Part shown: piece after piece, positions 25,154 through 37,394 of the stretch
Numbering within the stretch: position 1 is the stretch's first letter
Layout: each line of letters opens with the position of its first letter
Source of the DNA: Octopus sinensis
Taxonomy: Eukaryota
Length of the DNA stretch: 64,000 nt
NCBI RefSeq assembly: GCF_006345805.1
Contig: NC_043009.1
Coordinates: 12,152,001 to 12,216,000, forward strand
Direction: 5' to 3'
Position numbers and translations under genes: made by a program
The notes under the pieces: model-generated
Databases searched by the model: none
What the model was told of the DNA's origin: nothing
The model's input: only the letters and a program-made list of their open reading frames with translations

Positions 25154-25811
25154 TATAAAAATCTAACTAAATCAAAGCAGCTTTGGCTAAATCAAAGAAT
25201 GCTATTTACAGAAGAAGATACTATCTCTGATTAGCCATCACACGTTGTAAGGTTAAGTAAACACACGGACAAACTGTTTTTCTTTCGTAATGATTTAGCA
25301 CTTACTTGCGTTGAATAACTAAACAGTTAAGTTTTTTTTATTATTCAATTAGGAAATGCGTGCAATTGTGTCCATGATTTAATTTAATATATTGCCAGCA
25401 ATTAACGGATTATATTACTTTAAAGTCTATGCAATTCCGAAGCATATCTTATAAACTCAACTCATGGAGCAATTTGTGTAAAGTGCAAAATGAGTTTGCC
25501 TTCTTCTGAAAACTAAGGGCAGTCCCATTGAGCACATGCAGTGTGCATATAAATGTTTTTTTAAGGAATGCAACGAAAATCTAAACTATCTAAGGTCAGA
25601 GGGATCTGTCTTGAAACAACCCAAAAAGGCTGTTAAGAAAATTTCCTGCCGAACTTAAACCGGAAGGCTTACTGCGCAAGGAGGAAAGAAAAGAGAAATA
25701 AATTCGTACAAAAGACTTTAAAACATTTTGTTAATTGAAGTAATTTTCTTAAAAATATTTTCCTGCCTTACAGTTACTAAGCTTAAAAAAAAATTATGTG
25801 TGTACGTGTGT

Positions 25812-25843
<32 letters not shown>

Positions 25844-25860
25844 CAATACACACACACACA

Positions 25861-25900
<40 letters not shown>

Positions 25901-25949
25901 TTATCCTCCACCTCCTTTTCATCATCATTATCATCATCATCAGAATCCT

Positions 25950-26727
25950 TATTTATTTCTTTACTACCCACAAGGGACTAAACACAGAGAGGACAAACAC
26001 GGACGTACAAACGGATTAAGTCGATTACATCGACCCAAGTGCGTAACTGGTACTTATTTAATCGACCCCGAAAGGATGAAAGGCAAAGTCGACCTCGGCA
26101 AAAGTTGAACACAAAACGTAGCGGCAGACGAAATACCTATTTCTTTACTACCCACAAGGGGCTAAACACAGAGAGGACAAACAAGGACATACAAACGGGT
26201 TAAGTCGATTATAACGACCCCAGTGCGTAACTGGTACTTAATTTATCGACTCCGAAGGATGAAAGGCAAAGTCGACCTCGGCAGAAGTTGAACACAGAAA
26301 GTAGCGGCAGACGAAATACCTATCTCTTTACTACCCACAAGGGGCTAAACACAGAGAGGACAACAAGGACATACAAACGGGTTAAGTCGATTATAACGAC
26401 CCCAGTGCGTAACTGGTACTTAATTTATCGACTCCGAAGGATGAAAGGCAAAGTCGACCTCGGCAGAAGTTGAACACAGAAAGTAGCGGCAGACGAAATA
26501 CCTATCTCTTTACTACCCACAAGGGGCTAAACACAGAGAGGACAAACAAGGACATACAAACGAATTAAGTCGATTACATCGACCCCAGTGCGTAACTGGT
26601 ACTTAATTTATCGACTCCGAAAGGATGAAAGGCAAAGTTGACCGCGGCGGAATTTGAACTCAGAACGTAACGGCAGACGAAATACAGCGACGCATTTCGC
26701 CCGGCGTGCTAACGTTTCTGCCAGCTC
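25950..26727 (-). mobile_element. SINE-A head-to-tail array, 4 units
   Basis: Junctions at 26137/8, 26320/1 and 26502/3 (period 182-183 bp); single head ending at about 26727, followed by (ATT)n. Confidence 0.95.
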
Positions 26728-26746
26728 ACCGCCTTCATCAGAATTA

Positions 26747-26802
<56 letters not shown>

Positions 26803-27289
26803 GTATTTAATCGGCAGACGTTGTAAAGGGACTGAAGGGCTGAGAGTTTCATGCATGCACTCACGTTTCGAGTTGTGTGTGTGTATGTATACATGTGTGT
26901 GTGTATTCACATGTGTGTATACATTTGTATATATGCATATGCTGGAAAGATTTTGCGTAATACATTTAAAGCAGGTTGCCTATGAATTCACCATTAAGTA
27001 AAGTTAAATGCAGTGTTGTTTCATTTGAAACTTCCGTTAAACATAACAATAAACTTTAATTCTGAAATTCTTTAATTCAAAAAACGAATTTAAAATGAAC
27101 AAAACCGGTGGTTCAGGAAGTAAAACACCCTCGGAAATGAAATCCTTCGTATAGCGAGTGAAAAGTGGCGACAAACCTGTCAAAGTATTGGAACAACAAT
27201 GAATGCAGTGATGAAGATATGGTATTAAAAGATGCACTGATCTCCAGTTTATATATTAAATATGTACATATGATAGCCTTTAGAAGTCT

Positions 27290-27576
27290 GAATATTACCA
27301 CGGTAACACCCGTAAATATTCATATACACCGCCGGAAGTTGTTGTTGATAAACAACGGCAGTAATTTCATTCAGCTGAATGCACGTCATTGATTGGTTGA
27401 AATTACCGAAATACGACAAATTTAACAAAAAATAACTTGCAAAATACAGAATTTTCTCAACAGCGCCAAGAGAAAAAGATGTTTTATGTGACACATTCTA
27501 CCAGTATACGATGTTTGAAAGTGTTTAATTACAAAAAAATTATTTTTTAAATCTGTCAGCCAAAAGGTAAAGATCC
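27290..27576. mobile_element. One-ended relative of the GGATC-terminal MITE family
   Basis: Shares gagaaaaagatgtttta...cattctaccagtatacga with 28684-29116 and ends aaaggtaaagatcc. No matching left terminus found. Confidence 0.7.
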
Positions 27577-27579
27577 CAT

Positions 27580-27740
27580 AATGCTTAGCGGTATTTCGTC
27601 CGACTTTAGGTTCTGAGTTCAAATGCCGCCGAAGTCGACTTTGTCTTTTTTCTCTTTCGGCGACGATAAAAGGGGTCCATATAATCGACTTATCCGCTCT
27701 CTCGAAATTGCTGGCCTTGTGCCAAAATTTGAAACCAATA
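27580..27740 (+). mobile_element. 5'-truncated SINE-A with internal deletion
   Basis: gcttagcggtatttcg...gagttcaaat...gaaattgctggccttgtgccaaaatttgaaacc. Confidence 0.82.
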
Positions 27741-28086
27741 TTGTGCCATTGCATAACCGCATATGTTATGAATTACGCAGCAGCATTACGGGAGATCTGT
27801 TTTTAGCTGAAGTCTGTGTTGTGGTAAACCTGAATGAATTACAAAAAAATACTGGAGGTTAGTAAACTAAAAACTAATTTACAACCATGTTCTATTGATT
27901 TGTAGATAAGACTATTTCCTGGAAGTACTTGCAACACCTGCGAGCTGATGCTCTGGAATCATCATGAAATTTACTTTTAAAAGAAAAAAATTTCAGGAAC
28001 TTTGAAGTTTCACTATTTATTACTTTCGTCAGACATTCAGACGAAAAGAAATTGCTAAACTTTGAAATTACTGAGAAGCTTTTCAT

Positions 28087-28102
28087 TACACACACACACA
28101 CA

Positions 28103-28159
<57 letters not shown>

Positions 28160-28225
28160 ACACACACACACACAAACACGCACACACACACACATACACA
28201 CACACACATACTCACTCACACGCAC
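28087..28225. repeat. (CA)n microsatellite
   Basis: Directly visible. Confidence 0.95.
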
Positions 28226-28683
28226 ACATGTTTGTGTGGAAAAATGGATGTATGAATAAGTATTATGCCCAATACAGGGATAAATGTATGTATAAGTCTA
28301 TGTACATAATTATCAGTTTTGAAGCTTAGGAACTAATGTGCATAAAATTTATTCTGCATTTTGTTATGTAATTTTATCCCTTATTTCTTAATTATGTTAA
28401 TTATTTAATCTTAAATTTTTCTACAGAAATTAACCAGAGCTTTTTTCCCCCCTTTTATTTTTCTCCATACTACTTCCTAAGACTTCCGGTTGTGAAAGGA
28501 TAGATTAACTTCGGTAAGTATATTTCATAACTAGATTTCTTAAATATTCCAACTCAGATTCCGTTGAACTTAACATTTTTTTCAAATCAAACAGAATCTA
28601 TAAACTCTAAGCTTTTACTTGGAATGAACGTAATCTTCAGTATTTTGATTTAAGCTTGCAAGTATACTTTGTTATGGCAATTG

Positions 28684-29116
28684 GGATCTATTCGGTTTGA
28701 ACGGCAGTTTTTTCTAGCGGTGTCATATGAAATTGTCACCCATAATTATGACCTTAGTATCGATCTATTTCAATCTATTTTAGGGTTAGGGTTAGAGTTA
28801 GGGTTAGTTAGGGTTAGGGGTGGGGGAAGGGGATCTTTTTTTTCTTCAGAAATGTAAATAAACCCAGTCTGTTTCTTAAAAGAGGGACATATTCATACGG
28901 CACAGAATGTTTTCATCTCAATAGATGTCATTGATTGGTTAAATTTTTAGAAATTGAAGAAAAAAACAACAAATATCTTACAAACTATAGAATTTTCTCA
29001 ATAAAGCTAAGAGAAAAAGATGTTTTATAAACACATTCTACCAGTATACGAAGTTTAAAAGTGCTTAGTTACATGGAAATTATTTTTAAAAACTGCCGTT
29101 CAAACCGAAAAAATCC
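28684..29116. mobile_element. 433-bp non-autonomous TIR element (MITE) with 8-bp TSD and internal TTAGGG tract; Merlin-like termini
   Basis: 29-bp TIR ggat(ct/tt)(a/t)ttcggtttgaacggcagttttt; perfect TSD ggcaattg (28676-83, 29117-24); ttagggttagggttagagttaggg at about 28779-28820. The superfamily call is inference. Confidence 0.9.
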
Positions 29117-30194
29117 GGCAATTGCTTTATGCTTCGGGTTATGAGAACGATTACACTCTGCAACTCGACTTTTGTCTTTGGGTACCAACTGTTATCTCCC
29201 TTTGCTCACACCTAGAAAGTATAAAATCTGGCTAATATTTCTTTCAAACTTTGCTTTTGTTACATTTATTCAAACCCCAAAGAATTTCTTCCAGCACATG
29301 GCTATGATGCTCCCCTACTACTCCTGCACGTGATCAGAGATGCACATAGAGTCAGCCATTAAGAGATATACTCAAGTAGTTCCCGTCAAGCAACTGACAA
29401 GTAACTCTGTGGTACTGAGCAGAATATTTGCTATAACGATATTTCTGCTTCAGCAACCCAGCACTGAAATTGTCTGAAATGTAATGGAAAATAGGCCAGT
29501 TTCAAAACAATGGTGTCCAGGTCACAATAGCAAAGTTTGAAGGGAATAGTAGTCACTTCCTTTGATTTCTAGATAGAAGCAAATAGGAAATAATACTTAC
29601 TGACCAAAGACGAAAAAAAAAATTGTTACACAGTATTATGGGACCGATTGTAGGCAAGCAGAAAACTCTAATTGTTAAAAGTAGTTTAAGAATATCTAAG
29701 TCATAAGCTTGTGAACATTTTTAATTCCATACAAGGTGAAAAAGAGTCGTTTATCTATAAAACTCAAGGAAAATAATAAAAAAAAAATAAAAGCACCTTT
29801 GTGTGTTTAGATATTTTCCTTGCAGCGTCTTATCGCTATCAATTGTCAAATCCTTATTCAAACGTTAAGCCTAATTTAATTAGCAGGAAATCTAGAAGGA
29901 ATTTGAACTGATTTTTTGAAAGAGTTTGAATTCTTAAGCATAATACTGCCGTTCTTTCATTCTTCTCAACTTAATTTTTTTACTTCTTCATTTTCTCTCA
30001 TCTTCCAATCCTTTTCTACTCTCTTCCCCTTTCTTCTCTTATTCCGATCGACTAAATTCCTTTACATCACTTTCTCTAGTTGTATTTTTGTTCCTTCTGT
30101 TGCTTTTCTGATTTTTCTTTTCGAATATAACCTCATTGATACTGAAATATGTTTTACTTATGGATGTTCATATTTTGCCAATTAAACTATATAT

Positions 30195-30440
30195 ATTTCT
30201 TTACTACCCACAAGGGGACAAACAAGGACAGAGGGGACAAACAGAGGGGACAAACAAGAACAGACAAACGGATTAAGTCGATTACATCGACCCCAATGCG
30301 TAACTGGTACTTAATTTATCGACCCGAAAGGATGAAAGGCAAAGTTGACTGCGGCGGAATTTGAACTCGGAACGTAACGACAGATGAAATACGGCTACGC
30401 ATTTCGCCCGGCGTGCTAACGATTCTGCCCGCTCGCCGTG
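30195..30440 (-). mobile_element. SINE-A monomer
   Basis: Family match; small internal duplication of aggggacaaac. Confidence 0.9.
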
Positions 30441-30939
30441 TACTTGGCGTGTACTTCAGCTTTATTGTTATTATTATTACTATTTTAGTTTAACTTCTTT
30501 GTGAAAGCTCTTACCTCACACATTCTGTGGCTTCATCAGCGACTCTCTATTCCACGTGTTTCCTCTTGATAAGCGAAATAAGCAGAACCAGAGGAGACAC
30601 GTGGGATCGAGTCATTGATGAAGACACGGAATATTGAATTGATTTTACAATAACACAGAGAGCTATGAAAATATAGCGAAATGAATTTTCGACCTTTGAA
30701 ATGTTGTGCACACATACACACAAATCAATTCACACAAATCTTCACCAAAAATAATGTTGTGAAACAACCCTTTCTTGAACATGGCATTTGCCATTAGTTA
30801 ACTAGGCAAATAACCACGTAAATAGTTATGCGAAATCTAAACACAATACCAGATGAGCAACCTGTGAGCTGTATCTCCCTCTCCGCCCACCCCTCTCTCT
30901 GTATAGCCGATTTTGTCCGTATTCTACAGAAAAAATGCA

Positions 30940-31170
30940 AGCGCGTGGCTTAGTGGTTAGGGTGTCAGCACCAGGATCGTAAGATTGTGGATTCGATTCC
31001 TGGACCGGGCGACGCGTTGTGTTCTTGAGCAAAACACTTCATTTTCCCGTTGCTCCAGTCCACTCAGCTGGCAAAAATGAGTAACGCTGCGATGGACTGG
31101 CGCCCCGTCCAGCTGGGGAACACATACGCCATAGAAACCGTGAAACCGGGCCCATGAGCCTGGCTACGCT
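30940..31170 (+). mobile_element. SINE-D (different tRNA head, CORE-like centre, tail type 1)
   Basis: gcgcgtggcttagtggttagg A-box, ggattcgattcc B-box, cttgagcaaaacacttcattt core, then gagtaacgctgcgatggactggcg tail shared with SINE-C. Confidence 0.88.
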
Positions 31171-32634
31171 TTCAAAGGGCGCATTTATTTATTAACTATT
31201 CTACAGTAAATAAAGGAATTCTCGAACGTGGGGTGGCTGTGAAGACAGCTTAAAAAATCAGGTAAATATCCTTTAGCAAGCTTCTACAGACAATCGAACC
31301 CTGCACCTCTTAAATGTCGGCCGAGTGCTCCGAGTGCGTGTGTGCGCACGTGTGTGTGTGTGTGTGTGTGTAAATCCATTTATAGAACAAAAGACTTTAC
31401 TACACATGACATTCACATGAAAAAATCTGCAGCTTGAATCAAGACGTCAACTCCCTACTAAGATCCCAATAAGGCAGTAGGGGCCAACTCACAGCAGGGA
31501 AATTAAAATCAGCTTCTAGCAAAATATCAAAGAAAACAAAACACAGAAACAGAATACCGCAAGTATATGTATCCAGCAGAAACCACAAAAGCAATCAAGA
31601 GAACATTATACTAATTAATTAGCAGTATCAACAACTGTAACAAGATCTTCAATTAATATACTCATAACTCAAACAGTGAGAAAACTTCATTATCAGATAC
31701 AGTTCCATAATCGGTTCCCAAGGACCACACATTTACAGAAGCAAAAACGCAGTCAATACTCGTAGATACGTTTCTCTTAGACGAAGACCTTAATTTGTTT
31801 CTAACCCAAAGAATAAACTGAATCCACATAACTCAAAACGCCACCGAACAAAATTCACGAATATTCACTGGAGTAGCGTGAAGCATGCTGACCGGAAAAG
31901 ACAGCCTTTTTAATTCTGCAGGTTTACTTTAGTCGAAATTATGATATGTTCAATGAAAACTAAAACCAATTTGGCTACCGCACTGAGCTACGAAAACTCA
32001 CACTACACCGCGGACTAAAACTTAACAGATCTGATCCAGAAGAAATTATTGCACTCACCATCATGTTAATTTACTCGTGACTACAAAAACTTGGAATTTG
32101 TTAAGTTGGCAGAAGTAAAATGGTTGTCAATCGGTTTAACAACACAGATTAGTCCTTGGGTGCACTTAACAGCGTTCATTCTGCTGCAAGCATTCGTAGT
32201 AGGTCGCCCATTGAGAATAATTTTCTGCTGTAAGACTCAGAAGCCCTAAATAAAGGCGAGGAGGTTATAGGCACTGTCTTCCCCTCTCATATTAACCCTC
32301 TAAGTCCCAGGGTGTCTAATTTCTGGAGTATCACTTTTAAATTCGCACACCAGGCTTTATATAGGTTAAAATGAAAATATCTGTAGGTAAAACTCGTTTC
32401 CTTTATTTATTAACGAATATATAGCCTGCCCTATATATATAGGACACTGGGCACTGTTGCTATATATCTATAACGAAAGAACAAAATGTATATATTTGAA
32501 ATAAACTTAATGATGCTAAATGTGAGCATATATATTGATGAAAAATTATGTATAAAACCTTATTAGACAAATTTATGAAAAGTATACTATGTCTATTGTT
32601 GATAATTGAAAAAAAAAAAGAAATTATGAAAAAT

Positions 32635-33040
32635 AGGCGCAGGAGTGGCTGTGTGGTAAGTAGCTTGCTTACCAACCACATGGTTCCGGGTTCAGTCCCA
32701 CTGCGTGGCACCTTGGGCAAGTGTCTTCTGCTATAGCCCAGGGCCGACCAAAGCCTTGTGAGTGGATTTGGTACACGGAAACTGAAAGAAGCCTGTCGTA
32801 TATATGTATATATATATATGTGTATGTGTGTGTATATGTTTGTGTGTCTGTGTTTGTCCCCCTAGCATTGCTTAACAACCGATGCTGGTGTGTTTATGTC
32901 CCCGTTACTTAGCGGTTCGGCAAAAGTGACCGATAGAATAAGTACTGGGCTTACAAAGAATAAGTCCCGGGGTCGATCTGCTCGACTAAAGGCGGTGCTC
33001 CAGCATGGCCGCAGTCAAATGACTGAAACAAGTGAAAGAA
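32635..33040 (+). mobile_element. SINE-B full length
   Basis: Family match across head, core, microsatellite and tail. Confidence 0.94.
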
Positions 33041-33089
33041 AAGAAAGAAAAAAAAGAATCATCGTAAATGTCCGTTCTTGAAAATTTCC

Positions 33090-33650
33090 TCTCAAAACCT
33101 CAATCGTACTTTTTTATTTTGAATGAGAAGGACTAAAACAATCCACACAAAGGGTGACATTGCATTTTTGACAATAAGTGAAGGAGTTTGCTTTGGCAGT
33201 CCGTATGTTGACATCGCCTTTGCTTCTCTCGCTTTGCCATTACATGTCCTTTGCTATCATATCTCACGCTGTTTATTGGCTTAGAGACAGCAGATGGCAT
33301 GCCTTTAGTTTCAGTTTTTTTTTTTTTTTTTAACCTTTCAGATATGTAAGACAAATGTATCTCTTAAAGTCGAGTAACGACGATATTTCACCCTTTCCAT
33401 CATGAACTAAATTATAAATAGTCCACGCATTCACGACGGCCAAGTCAAGATGTCGTGTAAATAGTGGCCAATACCACTTTTTACTTCGAAAGAAAATTGC
33501 GTATTTCGACACTAGCCAGTCATATATATCGACACCTCCCATGCAATTGTTATATGTAGTCAAAATGTAAGGTTGAGAAACATTACCTCTAGTTCTTTTC
33601 ATGCCTTTTCCAGCGAAGTACATTACTAGTTGGTTGAATTGCATCAAAGT
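33090..33650 (-). pseudogene. piggyBac/PGBD-type transposase C-terminal remnant
   Basis: YNNCMGGVDIYD...RSKKWYWPLF...DLAVVNAW...LLDFKRYI, then the Cys-rich tail RCQHTDC...(frameshift) TYCQKCNVTLCVDCF. Broken by an A-run at about 33315-33331. Confidence 0.92.
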
Positions 33651-33789
33651 TTGTATACATGCACTCACACATACAGACATACACACACACATATATTATG
33701 TATATATATATATATATATCCGAATCCGGACTTGCAATCCTGAAGTTTTGGATTCCTATGTTTTCATTATTGCGATTGTTTTTGGCGAT

Positions 33790-33900
33790 GTTTTACATGA
33801 TTTTTAGCGACGAAGATGATCATCATTGGGATATGACTGTGGAGGAAGCAACTGCAAGAAATTCTCCAAAACAATTCAGAGATCTGCTTGCAGATCTTCC
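33790..33900 (+). pseudogene. Helitron RepHel fragment
   Basis: DEDDHHWDMTVEEATARNSPKQFRDLLA resembles the conserved Helitron LEDDxHWxxTLEEAxxxxSPxQLRxLFA segment between the Rep and helicase domains. Confidence 0.72.
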
Positions 33901-33959
33901 CATTCGGGGTCAGTTGCTTAAACGTTACATGCTAACTTAAAAGCCGCACAATAGGGCAG

Positions 33960-34001
<42 letters not shown>

Positions 34002-34419
34002 AGGAACTTAAAAACGATAAAACTTTTTATCAGATAATGTTAAGTTAAACACGTAAACACACACTTTTTCATACTACACTGTAAGGTCAGGATGAAGTCC
34101 ATCGTCAAAATGGAGGAAGCTAGGTGTTAATAGCCAAACTGTGAAACTCTAACAAATTGGCTAGACCTTAGCAGACCTTTATAAGCAGAGATAATTGTAC
34201 CTAGTTTTTTTGTGACAGTTCTTCTGAGAAAGTTCTTTTTTTTCGCATTAATCATTATTTGATCCCTGTTAGACGTAAGTCGCATTGTTGATAAATTGTT
34301 GAGGGTCTCTCGTAAGAGTGAACCTATTGTTGAACGTCATTGTTAAATTATGGAATTATTCATTACTGTTTTTTTACCAGTGAATTATATTTGTTTTCCT
34401 CCCCATTTATGGGTGAAGT

Positions 34420-35414
34420 AGGAGAAAAAGGAAGAAGGAGAGCAAACTAGTTGCACTCGACAGCTTTGCTTCAGCCACTGGAAGAAGTTTAACTGCTGTT
34501 GCAGGTACGAGAGATACAGATGGACCAGAGGAAGTTGAAGGAGTTCAACAGACTCATAGAGGAGGATGGGACCAGTTTAAAGCTGACATCGCCAGAAAAT
34601 TTAACAGCAAGCGTGATGAAGAGGACAGTGGTGTATAGAACGCTGTCCGGGACATCGGAAAAAAAATAGATATTGCCACGCTGGAGACTATAGAGGAATG
34701 CCTAAAGGAGAGGGAGAGAATGCGGCACAGTAGAGGTGAGATTCGCGAATGAGCAAGAAACGATAAACCACTCCACTGTGGAGCTACGAACACCAAAGTG
34801 GGTACTGCTGCCGACTTACTGTGGAAAACGCGTGGCCAGGGTAAGGATTGGCTGAGTACCCTCTGAGATTGAGGAGGTGTGGCTGGGGGAAGCCATCCTG
34901 TATAATATGGAAGAGGACGTGGATGTGTTGAATGTAACGAGAACGAAGAAGGTAAATTGATGGGGATTTGGCCTAGAAGTGGCAGTCCAAGTCAGTTTGC
35001 CAGATTTACACAAGATAGCAGAGGATGTGAATTTGAGAATAGTGATGAAGGGAAGACTTCCAACCTGTTACCAGTGTGAAGTAAGGGGGACACATGAAGG
35101 CAAAGTGTTCCCAGAAACACGACGAAGTTGTAGAGGAACTGAAGCAGCAGGGTGACGAGCAGGAGCAAAATGCTGAAGCGACATACCCAGTATGTGAGAA
35201 GTGTCCAGAGAATATGGAGGAGGAGTATACGGAGGTGAGTAGAAAGAAGGAGAGGAAAGAAAACGTGGACTCGCCCCTGAAGAGTCCACTAAAGAGAAGG
35301 AAGGAGAGTAAAGAAGGAGCACAACATGAGATACCAACAACATCGAAGGAAGTGAACACTAAAAAACAAGCGGGACTACAGAAACAAACATATAAAAAAA
35401 GGGCCAAAACATAA
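34420..35414 (+). pseudogene. LINE ORF1/gag-like remnant with CCHC zinc knuckle
   Basis: CYQCEVRG-HMKAKC (CX2CX4HX4C) at 35066-35108, restored by removing one G from a G-run. Followed by a K/E-rich tail. Several stops. Confidence 0.75.
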
Positions 35415-36046
35415 ATAACATATTCTCTACAGAAGTAGAGAAGAAAATCACAAAAATGAAAACAGTAATAAGAGTGAAGTTAACGTCGGAGTTCTACACA
35501 GAAAGCACTAAAGCAATTGTTATTGATGACGAGAGATGTTAGGGTTAGGTGGAAGTATTAATGACGAGAACTTTTCGGTAATAAGATAGACCCAACGGGA
35601 ATACATATCGAGTTCGATGTCTTGCCGTCAGTAGTAGAATATGACGACCTGTTGTTGTACATAAAATGGTAAATTAAAAAATAATGAGTAAAAATTTTTA
35701 CATTTTAATTGACTATAAAAACGGATGCAAAAAGGAAAAAAAAAAACTGATTTATAGACTTTAAACGAAAATCATTTAAATGATACTGTCTGCGAGTGGG
35801 TAGCAGGCAAGCCATTTCATCCTCATTGTTATAATACATCCTTCATTCGTTCGTTCAGTGTTTCTTGTGGTGTTTTGTCTGTCCCCTCTGTGTTAGGGCC
35901 GTAGTGCCAAAATAAAGAATCATTGTGACAGTCTTTTTCTCTGAGACAAGGTTCAATCGGATTCTGGAAGCTGTGATTGCCTGTTTAGTTTATGCATTTT
36001 GTGTCAGGCATTTATGGAATTATTTTATGCTTCAGGAATTCGTCAG

Positions 36047-36450
36047 GGATCTTTTCGGTTTGACCGGCAGTTTTTTAAAATAATTTCAACGTAACTAAAC
36101 ACTTTTAAACTTCGTATACTGATAGAATGTGTTTATAAAACATCTTTTTCTCTTGGCTTTATTGTGAAAATTCTATAGTTTGTAAGATATTTGTTGTTGT
36201 TTTTTCTTCAGATTCTGCAATTTCAAACAATCAATGACGTCTATTGAGGTGAAAACATTCTGTGCCGTATGAATATGTCCCTCGTTTAAGAAACAGATTG
36301 GGTTTATTTACATTTCTAAAGAAAAATAAATACCCTTCCCCTACCCTTAACCCTAAACCTAAAACAGATTGAAATGCAATAGATCGATTATGGGGGACAA
36401 TTTCATATGACACCGCTAGAAAAAAACTGCCGTTCAAACCGAAAAGATCC
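36047..36450. mobile_element. Second GGATC-terminal MITE copy (opposite orientation to 28684)
   Basis: TIRs ggatcttttcggtttga(c/a)cggcagttttt; TSD ttcgtcag / ttcgccat (6 of 8 match); short ccctaa tract at about 36340-36362. Confidence 0.9.
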
Positions 36451-36889
36451 TTCGCCATAACTTTTTGCTTATCAGCTTTAAAATAATTTCTGTGTCACAT
36501 CTGGGTGAGTACAAAAAAAATCTCTGAAGTTAGGTTATGCTGTAATACTTATGTGAAATTTGAACCCTGCATCTGTGGCAGGTTGTGTAGTAATTTTGCT
36601 TGCTATTTTCTGTTAAGATAAATTTTAAAATTTGTATAAATAGCTAAAGGGTGTATGAATGAATTTTTCCTGTAGCCAAACTTTTGTAGTAGACAACTAA
36701 CTGTAAATTTTGTCTAATGGTTACTCAGTATGCTTGTATGAAGCAGTTTTGTGTGAATTTAAAGCCACCTAGATCTTTTCTTTGATTATTTAATTTTTTA
36801 ACTATAATTATTGATGTAGTCTGGTAGCTGTTTTTTGACATGAATTTTTAGTTTAAATGGTTGCTTTGACATTAGATTTATTTATGTTA

Positions 36890-37112
36890 TGGTCCAAGTT
36901 TCGAAATCCATGGTTCAAAAACCGAATTTGTGATGCTAGATTTTATAAAATCAAAATTTTCGGAATCCATATTTATTTGAAAGCCAAATTTGTGAGGCCA
37001 GGTTTTGTGCAAAGCCAATTTTGGTGAAACCAAAATTTGCGAGTCCAGAGCTACGAATCCAAGTTTGTGAAATCAAGTTGAAGCCAGGTTTCTGAGTCCG
37101 AATTTCTGAACT
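36890..37112. repeat. Degenerate 14-15-bp minisatellite (consensus roughly GAAGCCARRTTTGT)
   Basis: gaaagccaaatttgt / gaggccaggttttgt / gaatccaagtttgt / gaagccaggtttct / gagtccgaatttct. Confidence 0.7.
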
Positions 37113-37362
37113 GTATATATATATATATATATTACCTTTATGAATATTTTGACTGCACGTCAAGTGTAGCGTTAATTTATTGTTGTTCGTGTATATATTT
37201 GTTTTGTACGTAGGCTGTGTTTTTATGCTGACAATTGTTGATATTTTACAAAAAACTTCAAGGTGTGTTGTTGTTTTGGGTTCACCTCATGGTCGTTGGT
37301 TGTGTAAATTTGGGTTACGGCCACCAGGTCGGAACAATATATATACAGAGAGAGAGAATGAA

Positions 37363-37394
<32 letters not shown>

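Noticed and set aside
25950-26727. Regular 183-bp periodicity or the 40.8-kb repeat-spacer-repeat as CRISPR-like arrays
   Set aside because: Units are whole SINE bodies or a 126-bp local duplication; there is no short repeat with unique spacers, no cas genes, and the context is eukaryotic.
28779-28820. TTAGGG tracts (also 52618-52710) as a true telomere or chromosome-fusion scar
   Set aside because: They are short, degenerate and enclosed within TIR/TSD-bounded elements.
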